The notes below the pieces were generated by a model. That model had not been told where the DNA came from. It ran no database searches and worked only from the letters and a program-made list of their open reading frames with translations. Source: an uncultured Gammaproteobacteria bacterium (lineage in GTDB: Bacteria > Patescibacteriota > Patescibacteriia > UBA1558 > S5-K13). From it: a stretch of 64,000 nucleotides of DNA. The stretch lies in assembly GCA_964486685.1 (NCBI GenBank), contig CAZAOE010000001.1, positions 12,538-76,537 of the forward strand, read 5' to 3'. Of this stretch, positions 1 to 8,530 are shown piece after piece. The translations under genes were made by a program, and so were the position numbers. Every line of letters begins with the position of its first letter. Positions within the stretch are counted from its first letter, which is position 1.

Positions 1-1
1 T

Positions 2-274
2 TATGGAATTGTACGGGATTTAGTTGGACATGGTGTGGGCTATAAAGTTCATGAAGAGCCCAAAATATATAATTTTAAGTCCAAAGAAAAAGGAGAAAAA
101 CTAAGACCAGGTATGGTTTTGGCCATTGAACCAATGATTAATTTAGGCGGTCCGGAAATCAAAGCTAAAGATAATGGTTGGGATATTATTACCCAAGATG
201 GCTCTATTTCGGCTCATTTTGAGCACACAGTGGTGATTACAAAAAATGGTTGTCGAGTTTTAACTAAAGTTTAA
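2..274 (+). CDS. map: Methionine aminopeptidase, 3' part (truncated by window start)
   Basis: Frame 2 is open from base 2: YGIVRDLVGHGVG..HEEP, AIEPMIN and SAHFEHT motifs of type I MetAP. Confidence 0.95.
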   Translation, partial: YGIVRDLVGHGVGYKVHEEPKIYNFKSKEKGEKLRPGMVLAIEPMINLGGPEIKAKDNGWDIITQDGSISAHFEHTVVITKNGCRVLTKV

Positions 275-289
275 CCTCACCCCCTCTAA

Positions 290-319
290 TCCCCCTCTCC
301 TAAAATTAGGAGAGGGGGA
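290..319. repeat. GC-rich palindrome (terminator-like or REP-like), related to the copies at 9190 and 29859
   Basis: tccccctctcctaa-aa-ttaggagaggggga. Confidence 0.7.
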
Positions 320-402
320 GGGAGTTTTTGAATAATATTAAATATATATGAGATTTTTGGCCCCTCGACAAGCTCGGGACTTAATACTTAATTAAATAAC
401 AA

Positions 403-786
403 ATGTCTAGATTTTTAGGAATAGATCATGGAGATAAAAAGATTGGCTTGGCGCTTGGTGAAAACGAAGCTAATTTTGCTTTACCTTATAAAATTATTAA
501 AACCAAAGTTTTTTTTCAAGAAATAAAAGAGATTATTAAAGAAGAAAATATTGAGGAAATTGTTTTGGGCTTGCCTAAAAATTTAAATAATGAAGAAACC
601 CAACAGACCCAAAAGGTTTACGATTTTTTAAACGAATTAAGAAAAATAATCAATTTACCCATACATTTAGAAGACGAAAGAATGACTTCTCGGCAAGCTA
701 AAAATTTAATGATTGATAAAAAAGACGAGGATGCCTCAGCAGCAGCTATAATTTTAGATTCATTTTTAAAAAGAAACTGTAGTTAA
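403..786 (+). CDS. ruvX: YqgF/RuvX family pre-16S rRNA nuclease
   Basis: LGIDHGDKKIGLA, IVLGLP, DERMTS and D..AAAIIL motifs. Confidence 0.92.
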   Translation: MSRFLGIDHGDKKIGLALGENEANFALPYKIIKTKVFFQEIKEIIKEENIEEIVLGLPKNLNNEETQQTQKVYDFLNELRKIINLPIHLEDERMTSRQAKNLMIDKKDEDASAAAIILDSFLKRNCS

Positions 787-790
787 ATTT

Positions 791-960
791 GCAATTACCA
801 ATTACCAATTATCATTTATCAATTTTCATTAAATTTTTAATTAAACAATTACCAATTATCAAATTCTGTCTTTTTGAAAATTGGTTATTAAATGTAAATT
901 TCAAATTGTTAATTGTTTATTTAATGAAAATTTTAAATTTCAAATTGAAAATTAAAAAAA
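791..960. repeat. Heptamer (CAATTAY-like) tandem tract followed by its inverted counterpart
   Basis: caattac caattac caattat catttat ... aattggttatt/aattgttaattgtttatt. A similar block lies at 54078-54230. Confidence 0.7.
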
Positions 961-963
961 TTT

Positions 964-2043
964 ATGCTTAGAATTATTATATATTTATTAGCTTTTTTTG
1001 CATCTCTTGGTTTGAGTTATTTTTTGGCTATATTTTTTAAAAAACTTTCTTTTAAATTGAATATTATTGATTTTCCAGACGCAGATAGAAAAATTCATGA
1101 ACGACCAGTCGCTTTATTGGGTGGTTGGGCAATTTATTTTAGTTTTGTTTTTTTAATTTTATGTTTGCTCATATTTTTCCCTCAGATAATTTTAACGCAT
1201 GGCATTAGCATTACTCAAATTGGAGGAATAATTATAGCTGGTCTGATTTTAATGCTGAGCGGAACTTTTGATGATAAAAAAAATATAAAACCAATTTGGC
1301 AAATTTTTTGGGTGGCCATTTCCTGTTTAGTTATTATTTTTTCTGGAATAACCATTAAGTTTATCACCAGACCTGGAGGAGGGATTATAGATTTAACAGG
1401 TCCAGAAATAAGCATTTTAGGGCAAAATATTTATTCTTTAGGAGCCCTTTTAACTTTTATTTGGTTGTTGATAATCACTAATACTACCAAACTTTTAGAT
1501 GGAGTAGACGGTTTGGCTAGTGGCGTAACTGGCATTGGAATGATTATTTTATTTATGGTTTCTCTTTTTTGGGACAAACCGCAGAGCGGAACCTCAATAA
1601 TGATTTTAATATTTGCTGGAAGTATTATGGGATTTTTATTATTGAATTTTTATCCAGCTAAAATATTTTTAGGTAATGGTGGTAGTAATTTATTGGGTTT
1701 AATGTTGGGCGTTTTGGCAATTATTAGTGGAGCTAAAATTGCGGCGGCTTTATTAGTTATGGCTCTGCCACTATTAGATATGCTCTGGGTAATTTTGCAG
1801 AGATTAAAAAAAGGAGAGTCGCCTTTTAAACATGCGGATAAAAAACATTTCCATTTTCGGTTATTAAATTTGGGCTTTTCCAAAAAGCAGGCTGTTTTAA
1901 TAATTTATTTAATATCTTTTATCTTTGGCCTAATAGCTTTATTTCAAGAAACTATTGGAAAATTATTTAGTTTAGGGGTTTTAATAATTTTTATATTAAT
2001 TATATTTTATTTTGTATATAAGAAAGATGAAAAAAATATTTAG
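964..2043 (+). CDS. MraY/WecA-like glycosyltransferase family 4 (polyprenyl-phosphate GlcNAc-1-P transferase)
   Basis: Multi-TM protein with RKIH..P..LLGG, G.FDD, LDGVDGL, NFYPAKIFLG and ADKKHFH motifs. Confidence 0.9.
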   Translation: MLRIIIYLLAFFASLGLSYFLAIFFKKLSFKLNIIDFPDADRKIHERPVALLGGWAIYFSFVFLILCLLIFFPQIILTHGISITQIGGIIIAGLILMLSGTFDDKKNIKPIWQIFWVAISCLVIIFSGITIKFITRPGGGIIDLTGPEISILGQNIYSLGALLTFIWLLIITNTTKLLDGVDGLASGVTGIGMIILFMVSLFWDKPQSGTSIMILIFAGSIMGFLLLNFYPAKIFLGNGGSNLLGLMLGVLAIISGAKIAAALLVMALPLLDMLWVILQRLKKGESPFKHADKKHFHFRLLNLGFSKKQAVLIIYLISFIFGLIALFQETIGKLFSLGVLIIFILIIFYFVYKKDEKNI

Positions 2044-2458
2044 TTTGATTTTAATTTGTTTATTTTTGACTGCCTGTTTTAATGGTAGCCAATTTGTTAA
2101 TTTAAAAATAAAAGATACTAATATTCAAGCTGAATTAGTAGTTAATTTAAAACAAAAAGCCCAAGGTCTTTCCGGTCGGGAAAGTTTAGCAGATAATCAG
2201 GGAATGTTATTTTTATATCAAGAACCTGGTCGATATTCTTTTTGGATGAAGGGAATGAATTTCCCTTTAGATATAATTTATATTTATAATAATGAAATAA
2301 TAGAGATATTTAAAAATGTCCCTTTGAAAACAGAGGGTGAAATAACGGAAATTTTTCCAGCTCAAATAGCTGATAAAATTTTAGAAGTAAACGCTGGATT
2401 TTGTGATTTACATAATATCCAAATTAGTGATAAGATAGAGTTTAAAGATTTAGATTAG
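2027..2458 (+). CDS. DUF192 family lipoprotein
   Basis: ATG at 2027, lipobox LTAC, GLSGR..GMLF..FWMKGMNFPLDIIY and LEVNAG. Confidence 0.88.
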   Translation: MKKIFSLILICLFLTACFNGSQFVNLKIKDTNIQAELVVNLKQKAQGLSGRESLADNQGMLFLYQEPGRYSFWMKGMNFPLDIIYIYNNEIIEIFKNVPLKTEGEITEIFPAQIADKILEVNAGFCDLHNIQISDKIEFKDLD

Positions 2459-2487
2459 CTTTATTTTAAAAATAATATATAAAAAAT

Positions 2488-3684
2488 ATGCACCTATCTC
2501 AAAGAGCAGAACGAATTCAGGAATCACCAATTCGGAAATTAAAACCTTATGCCGACCAAGCCCAAATTAAAGGATTAAAAATTTATTATTTAAATATTGG
2601 CCAGCCAGACATTCCCACTCCGCCAGAAATAATGGAGGCCTATAAAAATTATCCGGAAGAAATTTTAGCTTATGGTCCGGCCCAGGGTTTAGATTTTTAC
2701 AGGAAAAATTTAGTTAATTATTATAAGAATAATGGAATAAGAATAGAAGCCGATGATATTATAGTAACTAATTCTGGCTCTGAGGCAATTATTTTTGCCA
2801 TTTTGGCAATAGCCAATCCCGGAGAAGAAATAATTATTCCCGAGCCATTTTATACTAATTATAATGGTTTCGCTGATATGGCTGATATTAAAATTAAAGC
2901 GCTAACTACGCGTATTGAAAATAGTTACCAATTACCTAGCGACAAGGAGATCAAGAGTTTAATTAATCCAAAAACTAAGGCGATTTTAATTTGCAATCCC
3001 AATAATCCTACGGGTGCGGTTTATCCGCAAGCAGATTTACAAAGAATTATTAAAATTGCCCAAGAACATGATTTATTTATCATTTCCGACGAGGTTTATC
3101 GGGAATTTGTTTATGACAATTTAAAACATTATAGTTTTTTAAATTTTCTAGAAGCCCAAGACAGAGTAATTATGGTTGATAGTATTTCTAAAAGATATAG
3201 CGCTTGTGGAGCGCGAATAGGTTGCTTAATTTCTAAAAATAAAGAAGTTATGAAGTCAGTTTTAAAATTTGCTCAAGCTCGTTTATGTCCCCCAACTATT
3301 GATCAGTGGGCAGCTAATCAAGCAATTAGTTTGGGCGAGGAGTATTTCCAAAAGATTTTAGCTGAATATGATGCCCGACGCAATTTGGTTTTTGATGAAT
3401 TGAATAAAATAGAGGGTGTTGTTTGTCAAAAACCAGAAGGGGCTTTTTATGTTATGGCTAAATTGCCGATAGAAAATGCTGAAGATTTTGTAATTTGGTT
3501 ATTGCAAGATTTTAATATAAATAATGAAACCCTGATGTTGGCCCCAGCAGAGAATTTTTATGCCACTCCTGGATTAGGAAAAAACGAAGTTAGAATTGCT
3601 TATATTTTAAATCAAAAGGATTTGCAAAAAGCTTTAAATATTTTAAAGCAGGGCTTAGAAGAATATAAGAATATAAAAAAATAA
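2488..3684 (+). CDS. PLP-dependent aminotransferase class I/II (AspC-like)
   Basis: LNIGQPD, CNPNNPTG, SDEVY and SISKRYSACGARIG (PLP lysine). Confidence 0.93.
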   Translation: MHLSQRAERIQESPIRKLKPYADQAQIKGLKIYYLNIGQPDIPTPPEIMEAYKNYPEEILAYGPAQGLDFYRKNLVNYYKNNGIRIEADDIIVTNSGSEAIIFAILAIANPGEEIIIPEPFYTNYNGFADMADIKIKALTTRIENSYQLPSDKEIKSLINPKTKAILICNPNNPTGAVYPQADLQRIIKIAQEHDLFIISDEVYREFVYDNLKHYSFLNFLEAQDRVIMVDSISKRYSACGARIGCLISKNKEVMKSVLKFAQARLCPPTIDQWAANQAISLGEEYFQKILAEYDARRNLVFDELNKIEGVVCQKPEGAFYVMAKLPIENAEDFVIWLLQDFNINNETLMLAPAENFYATPGLGKNEVRIAYILNQKDLQKALNILKQGLEEYKNIKK

Positions 3685-3702
3685 AAAAGACAGGAGGCTA
3701 AG

Positions 3703-3873
3703 GTGATTACAATAGAAAAAGAGGAAAATGGTAAGGGATTGGGTGTTTTGGCTATTATTATAGTAATTTTGATAATTATCGCGATAATTACTTATCAAAT
3801 AATTCCTAGTTTTCATTTTTTTGTAGAAAAAATTGCTACCGATCTATATTGTTGGACAACCATTCCTCGCTAG
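3703..3873 (+). CDS. Small single-pass membrane protein (56 aa), not in the ORF track
   Basis: AGGAGG upstream of GTG 3703. Sequence MITIEKEENGKGLGVLAIIIVILIIIAIITYQ..., followed by a terminator. Confidence 0.6.
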   Translation: MITIEKEENGKGLGVLAIIIVILIIIAIITYQIIPSFHFFVEKIATDLYCWTTIPR

Positions 3874-3884
3874 AGCTACTTTTT

Positions 3885-3918
3885 AATTCCCAGATTATGG
3901 TCTGGGAATTTTCTTTTT
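3885..3918 (+). terminator. Intrinsic terminator
   Basis: aattcccaga-ttatgg-tctgggaatt followed by a T tract. Confidence 0.75.
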
Positions 3919-3926
3919 AATCGGTC

Positions 3927-3955
3927 TTGACTTAATCTTCTACTTATAGTAAAAT
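3927..3955 (+). promoter_or_regulatory. Sigma70 promoter for rplU
   Basis: TTGACT-N17-TAAAAT. Confidence 0.6.
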
Positions 3956-4054
3956 TTTATTACTTATTAATTAGTAACAAGTTAAAAGTTGCAAGTTGCA
4001 AGTATTATATTTAGATTGCTTTGGAATTTGTAACTGTAAGACAATAATTATATT

Positions 4055-4357
4055 ATGAAAATCGCTGTAGTAAAAACCGGTGGAAAACAATATAAAGTGC
4101 AAGTCGGTGATAAAATTAAAGTAGAAAAGTTAATTGGCAAAGAGGGCAAAGCCGTTAATTTAGAGGTGCTTTTGGTTGCTGAAGGCGATAAAGTTGATTT
4201 AGGCACTCCAAAATTAGAAGATAAAGTTGAGGCCAAAATTATCAAGCAATTTAGAGATAAAAAAATTAGAGTTGTTAAATATAAGAACAAAATTAGATAC
4301 CATAAAGTTTACGGCCATCGACAACATCTGACGGAGTTGGAAGTTACAAGTATTTAA
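4055..4357 (+). CDS. rplU: 50S ribosomal protein L21
   Basis: AVVKTGGKQYKV and GHRQ motifs. Confidence 0.97.
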   Translation: MKIAVVKTGGKQYKVQVGDKIKVEKLIGKEGKAVNLEVLLVAEGDKVDLGTPKLEDKVEAKIIKQFRDKKIRVVKYKNKIRYHKVYGHRQHLTELEVTSI

Positions 4358-4374
4358 GTTACAAGTATTTTAAA

Positions 4375-4410
4375 ATAAAAATCCCGGTGTGAATCGGGGT
4401 TTTTTGATTT
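4375..4410. terminator. Probable bidirectional terminator between convergent genes
   Basis: A tract, atcccgg..tcggggt hairpin, T tract. Confidence 0.6.
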
Positions 4411-4416
4411 TAAATT

Positions 4417-4887
4417 TTAAAGTCTTAATAATATTTTGTCTATTGTTTCGGTTATAGATAGTTTAGTATTATCTATTTCAATTCCTTCTTTAATTTTGTT
4501 AGTAATTGAATAAACATATCTAACAGAACCCTCGCCATATACTTTTTTTCTTTGAGCATCTCTTTCAATACATTTTTCAACATTACTTATTAAGGAAAAG
4601 AATATTATATCATTTGGAAATTTGTTTTTTAAATCATTTATTTGTTTTTGATAATAAAAGCATCCATCAATGATGAATGTATTCGTACTGCCTTTAATTA
4701 TTTTTAGAATAATATTATTTGCTTGGAGAAAATTTTCAATTGGAATACCATCTTTTTTTTCTAAATTATTGTCTTTTAAAATCTGATCTAGTGATAAATA
4801 ATGAGCATTAATTTTTTTAGCTAGGAGTTTAGCAATAGTTGTTTTCCCAACCCCCAAGGGTCCGCGAATGACTATTATTTTTTTCAT
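4417..4887 (-). CDS. Small P-loop kinase (AAA_33/NMP-kinase-like)
   Basis: IIVIRGPLGVGKTT, IIDG and the lid motif ERDAQR. Confidence 0.85.
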   Translation of the reverse strand: MKKIIVIRGPLGVGKTTIAKLLAKKINAHYLSLDQILKDNNLEKKDGIPIENFLQANNIILKIIKGSTNTFIIDGCFYYQKQINDLKNKFPNDIIFFSLISNVEKCIERDAQRKKVYGEGSVRYVYSITNKIKEGIEIDNTKLSITETIDKILLRL

Positions 4888-4896
4888 GATTTATTT

Positions 4897-5454
4897 TTAT
4901 TTAAATAACTTACTAATAGTTTTAAATTCATCAGTACCAGCTTTTTTTAATAGTTGGAAAGTAAGCATTTCAGTAGATGAAATAAAAGCTTCGGTTTGTT
5001 CGATTCTTTTGATAGCAATATTTTTATTTTTTAATGTTCGAGATGATATAGCATCAGTGATTAAATGAATTTGGATATTGTTTTCTAAAGCATCTAGAAC
5101 GGTTTGTAATACACAAATATGAGCTTCTATGCCAGCAATAAAGAGGGTATCAATTTTCATATTCTTTATCAAAGTAGTAAATTCATCAGATCCAAAACAA
5201 CTAAAACTAATTTTTTCAATAATTTTTGTGTTTTTAGGTAAAGTGATTTTTTCAGTAGTATGACCTAAGCCCTGGGGATATTGTTCCGTAACAATTAAAG
5301 GGATATTAAGAGTTTCAGAGACTTTGCTGAGAATATTAATATTAGAAATGACTTGTTCAATATTGTCAATTACCGGAATAAAATTTTCCTGAACATCAAT
5401 AATTAAAAAAGCATTTTTATTTTTTTCCAATGAAGGAATTCCTAAATTATTCAT
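4897..5454 (-). CDS. Isochorismatase family cysteine hydrolase (YcaC/ISOC-like)
   Basis: LIIDVQE, TEQYPQGLG, K..FSC and GIEAHICVLQT. Confidence 0.92.
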   Translation of the reverse strand: MNNLGIPSLEKNKNAFLIIDVQENFIPVIDNIEQVISNINILSKVSETLNIPLIVTEQYPQGLGHTTEKITLPKNTKIIEKISFSCFGSDEFTTLIKNMKIDTLFIAGIEAHICVLQTVLDALENNIQIHLITDAISSRTLKNKNIAIKRIEQTEAFISSTEMLTFQLLKKAGTDEFKTISKLFK

Positions 5455-5497
5455 ATTATTTTATTTTAATTTTTTTATAATTTTGAAATTATTTTAT

Positions 5498-6052
5498 TTA
5501 ATATTTCAATGTTGATTTAATAATTTTGAATATTGAAACATAATCAATTTTACTAAAATTAGTAGTATCGATTTTGTAGACCTTACTACCAATATTTAAA
5601 GCAGGATATTCTTCTTTTAAGAGTGTCTTTTTAAATTCATTATAATTTAAATGATCAACGTGTCCAGGATGTCTCTCGCTAGATTCGGATCTTTTTTTAA
5701 AACGTTCAAAAAGAATCTCACCTTTAGTTTCACAAATTATTTGGAGTATTTCGAAATTATATTTGTTTTTTAGAGTATTGAATTTTTGATCAGCAAATTT
5801 TGGTTCAAAGTTATTTTCGACAATAAAGGTTTTGTTTGTTTGAAGAAGTAACTCGAGTGTTTGATATAATATTTTATAACTTGCAATACCAAGTTTTTTA
5901 GACCATTCTCGGTCTTTAATTCCTAAAGAATCAAAAAGAGATTCTTTAATATCGTCTTTACTAATCAATGGTAATTTAAATTTAGTAGATATTTTTTGGG
6001 CAAGAGTTGTTTTTCCAGTACAAGGAGCACCAGATATGATAATTAATTGCAT
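5498..6052 (-). CDS. Small P-loop kinase (AAA_33-like)
   Basis: ISGAPCTGKTT, SKDDIKE and RF.KR...RHPGH. Confidence 0.88.
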   Translation of the reverse strand: MQLIIISGAPCTGKTTLAQKISTKFKLPLISKDDIKESLFDSLGIKDREWSKKLGIASYKILYQTLELLLQTNKTFIVENNFEPKFADQKFNTLKNKYNFEILQIICETKGEILFERFKKRSESSERHPGHVDHLNYNEFKKTLLKEEYPALNIGSKVYKIDTTNFSKIDYVSIFKIIKSTLKY

Positions 6053-6150
6053 GTTATTTTAATTATGATTTATTTATATTGTTTAATAAAATTTTCAATT
6101 CCTAGTTTTTTAAGTTTTTTATTATTTTTATGTCAAAGTCCATAAATTTA

Positions 6151-6192
6151 AATAATTTTATTTAGCTCGTGAATTTGAATATATGTTGTTAT
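6151..6192 (-). repeat. About 42-bp direct repeat, copy 2 (attC-like remnant)
   Basis: Minus strand ataacaacatatattcaaattcacgagctaaataaaattatt, similar to 6531-6571. Confidence 0.7.
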
Positions 6193-6199
6193 GTATTTA

Positions 6200-6526
6200 T
6201 TATTTTTTCTTTGGTCTGAATGGAGACATAAGAATATTGCCCATTGTTTCAAGTACGGGTAAGACTTTTAAGATATATTTTATTATAAAGAGTAATACTG
6301 CATATTGCCAATTTATAAATAGTAAGGCAATAAAGATTCCCCAACCTAAATATATAAATATGGCGACCCATGAAGGTAACATAGGGTCATCAGGTGTAAG
6401 TCTACCTGCTCGCTTTGCCTGTATAAGCCTGATGTCAAAAGCTACAATTGATTCAGCAATAAAATATATAATTGTAAGAATAATTATAGTGGGTGACTGT
6501 ATTACTGTTTTAAATAGTTCAACCAT
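6200..6526 (-). CDS. Hypothetical membrane protein
   Basis: 108-aa ORF with about three hydrophobic segments, flanked by the 42-bp repeats. Confidence 0.75.
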   Translation of the reverse strand: MVELFKTVIQSPTIIILTIIYFIAESIVAFDIRLIQAKRAGRLTPDDPMLPSWVAIFIYLGWGIFIALLFINWQYAVLLFIIKYILKVLPVLETMGNILMSPFRPKKK

Positions 6527-6530
6527 AAAA

Positions 6531-6571
6531 AATAATTTAATTTAGCTCGTGAACTAGAGATACGCTGTTAT
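6531..6571 (-). repeat. About 42-bp direct repeat, copy 1 (attC-like remnant)
   Basis: Minus strand ataacagcgtatctctagttcacgagctaaattaaattatt, overlapping the stop codon of the upstream gene. Confidence 0.7.
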
Positions 6572-7038
6572 ATGAAGTGTTGTTTTTTTATTTGGTTAAA
6601 AATTTTATCAGTTGATATTATATCTGTATTAAAAATTAATTCATTTTTTAGTTTGTCTACTCGTTTACTAAACTGGTGTTTAATAGTTTTGGAACTCAGA
6701 TTATTTTTTCTAGATATAGCTGTTTTTTCACTACATTCTAATAATATATGTTGTATTTTATACTTCTTTATATTTTCAATCATTTGTAAGAATGTATTAA
6801 GATGTTTTTTGTCTAAGAAAGCTTCTTCGACAACAATGTTTTTACCCTGTTTTAATAATTCATTTGCCCTTTTACCGGCTTCTTTGAATATAGTTTCAGT
6901 GCGATTCGGCATCTTTGGTATTTCTTTTTTAATCTCATCAATAATTACCTTTTCAAATTTTAACTCTTGGGAAATTTTATTAACAAAACATGTTTTACCA
7001 GAGCCCATCCTACCCCTAATTATTATTATTTTTATCAT
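6568..7038 (-). CDS. Small P-loop kinase (AAA_33-like)
   Basis: IIRGRMGSGKT, IDE, IVVEE and AISR. Confidence 0.82.
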   Translation of the reverse strand: MIKIIIIRGRMGSGKTCFVNKISQELKFEKVIIDEIKKEIPKMPNRTETIFKEAGKRANELLKQGKNIVVEEAFLDKKHLNTFLQMIENIKKYKIQHILLECSEKTAISRKNNLSSKTIKHQFSKRVDKLKNELIFNTDIISTDKIFNQIKKQHFI

Positions 7039-7044
7039 GGGTTA

Positions 7045-7578
7045 TTATTTTAATTTTGTAGCCTCGGGCAGATATTCTAAAAATTGACGTCTATTATTAA
7101 AATCAAGTTTTAAATTAATGGTTGATTTTAGTATAGCTTTTCTATAATCGTCATTAAATATATCTGGATTTTTGGTACAAAACCACATTCTATAAATTAA
7201 TATTAATGGTGTGTGTTCATTAGTTATGTTTTGATACATAAAACAAGAGTCCCAAAGCAAGAATTCGGTTTGTTCTGTAATAAATTCTAATAATTTATTT
7301 GGATCTTTGTCGGCGTGTTTTAAAAAGTTTTCAGCTTCATTCCATTTATTTATACAACGTTTACGGTGCTCTGGTTTTACAAATTTTAGCATATAATCTT
7401 TCATATAGGATTCTTTTCCTTGTTTTTTTGACAAATCCCTGAGTATAGAATGTCCTGCTACGGTAAGAGTATGAATAGCTACTATATCAGAGTTATTCAT
7501 AAATAGTCTAATGGCAATTTCTAATTGTCTTTTGGCCGCATCTAGTTTGGATATATAAATATAATTAATCTTTTTCAT
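7045..7578 (-). CDS. Hypothetical protein, putative HEPN-like
   Basis: KLDAAKRQLEIAIRLF..AIHTL N-terminus and N..ENFLKHAD, resembling an Rx4H-type HEPN motif. Confidence 0.5.
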   Translation of the reverse strand: MKKINYIYISKLDAAKRQLEIAIRLFMNNSDIVAIHTLTVAGHSILRDLSKKQGKESYMKDYMLKFVKPEHRKRCINKWNEAENFLKHADKDPNKLLEFITEQTEFLLWDSCFMYQNITNEHTPLILIYRMWFCTKNPDIFNDDYRKAILKSTINLKLDFNNRRQFLEYLPEATKLK

Positions 7579-7615
7579 ATTTTTAATTTAATTCAAACTT
7601 TTTAAAAATTTGATA

Positions 7616-7658
7616 TGTGGATAAGTTATTTGACTTTTTTAGAGAATTGACGTATATT
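7616..7658 (+). promoter_or_regulatory. DnaA box plus sigma70 promoter facing the DUF3800 3' end
   Basis: TGTGGATAA(7616-24), N5, TTGACT(7630-35), N17, TATATT(7653-58). Confidence 0.7.
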
Positions 7659-7664
7659 GAAAAT

Positions 7665-7740
7665 ACAGTATTTGGAATGAGGCGCCGACCGTTAGGACGG
7701 TGGCTTTTTTCCTTTTTAGGCGACTATTTTTAGTCGTTTT
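7665..7740 (+). ncRNA. Candidate small RNA convergent with the DUF3800 gene
   Basis: Promoter with no ORF downstream. GC-rich hairpin gcc(g)accgt-tagg-acggtggc plus T6, and a second hairpin gcgacta/tagtcgt over the DUF3800 stop. Confidence 0.55.
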
Positions 7741-8521
7741 TGTATTTAAAGGATAATCTTTGTTTTAAATCTTGGTCAACAAAAATATTAAATTTTTTAT
7801 TACGAAATCCCTCAGTAAAGTTTTTCGTTCCTATATTTTCTTTAATAAATTTTACTAACTCTTTCTTATATTTATCTCCTTTACCAATAATGCCAGTGGC
7901 AATTTTTAGATCGTAGTTTATTGCTCCAATAAAAAGATCAACGACTTGTAATAAATCATTACCCCTGGAATCGAATCGACAAACTCCAGCCATTGCTAAT
8001 CTATTAGCTTTTTTATTTATTTTTTCTTTTACAGAAACTTCATAATGAATATTTTTAGGTGTTGTTACGTGGTCTGCTAAAAGTATTAAAATTTCATTTG
8101 GTGAAAGAGATGATTCTGCTAGTCGAATAGAAATTTGTTCGTAAGCAATCCATGGATTATTGTTAAATTTTTTTTGAAAATAATTTCCTTGTTTATCAAT
8201 TGTATAAGAATAAAACCAAATGCTCCTGGTGTCTAAAAAAGAATCAATAGCAAATTTAGCGAAATCAATATTAAGTCTAGATAATTTATTAAATTTCATT
8301 TCATCATGAAAGTTTCTTTTATTTCTTTCATAAGTTAATTTACTATATAAATAATAAGGTTGGCTACATTTTATTAGACCAATTGTAAAAAATGGAGCAG
8401 TTTTAGGATCGAGGCTTCCACTTTCATCAAGAAAACAAAATTTTGTCCAAATTTTGTCATAGTCTTTAAGTTTGATTTCCCCCGTTTCTTTTATTTTAAT
8501 TTTGTTCTTTCTAAAAAGCAT
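7730..8521 (-). CDS. DUF3800 domain protein
   Basis: F.DESG N-terminal motif, E.KF and LLQVVDL C-terminal motif. Confidence 0.85.
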   Translation of the reverse strand: MLFRKNKIKIKETGEIKLKDYDKIWTKFCFLDESGSLDPKTAPFFTIGLIKCSQPYYLYSKLTYERNKRNFHDEMKFNKLSRLNIDFAKFAIDSFLDTRSIWFYSYTIDKQGNYFQKKFNNNPWIAYEQISIRLAESSLSPNEILILLADHVTTPKNIHYEVSVKEKINKKANRLAMAGVCRFDSRGNDLLQVVDLFIGAINYDLKIATGIIGKGDKYKKELVKFIKENIGTKNFTEGFRNKKFNIFVDQDLKQRLSFKYKND

Positions 8522-8530
8522 ATTTTTATT

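Noticed and set aside
789-971. 60-aa ORF in the ORF track
   Set aside because: It is a translation of the heptamer repeat tract (QLPI repeats) with a TTG start and no protein features
6069-6143. 24-codon minus-strand ORF after the second attC-like repeat
   Set aside because: Too short to support. It may be a cassette remnant but cannot be identified
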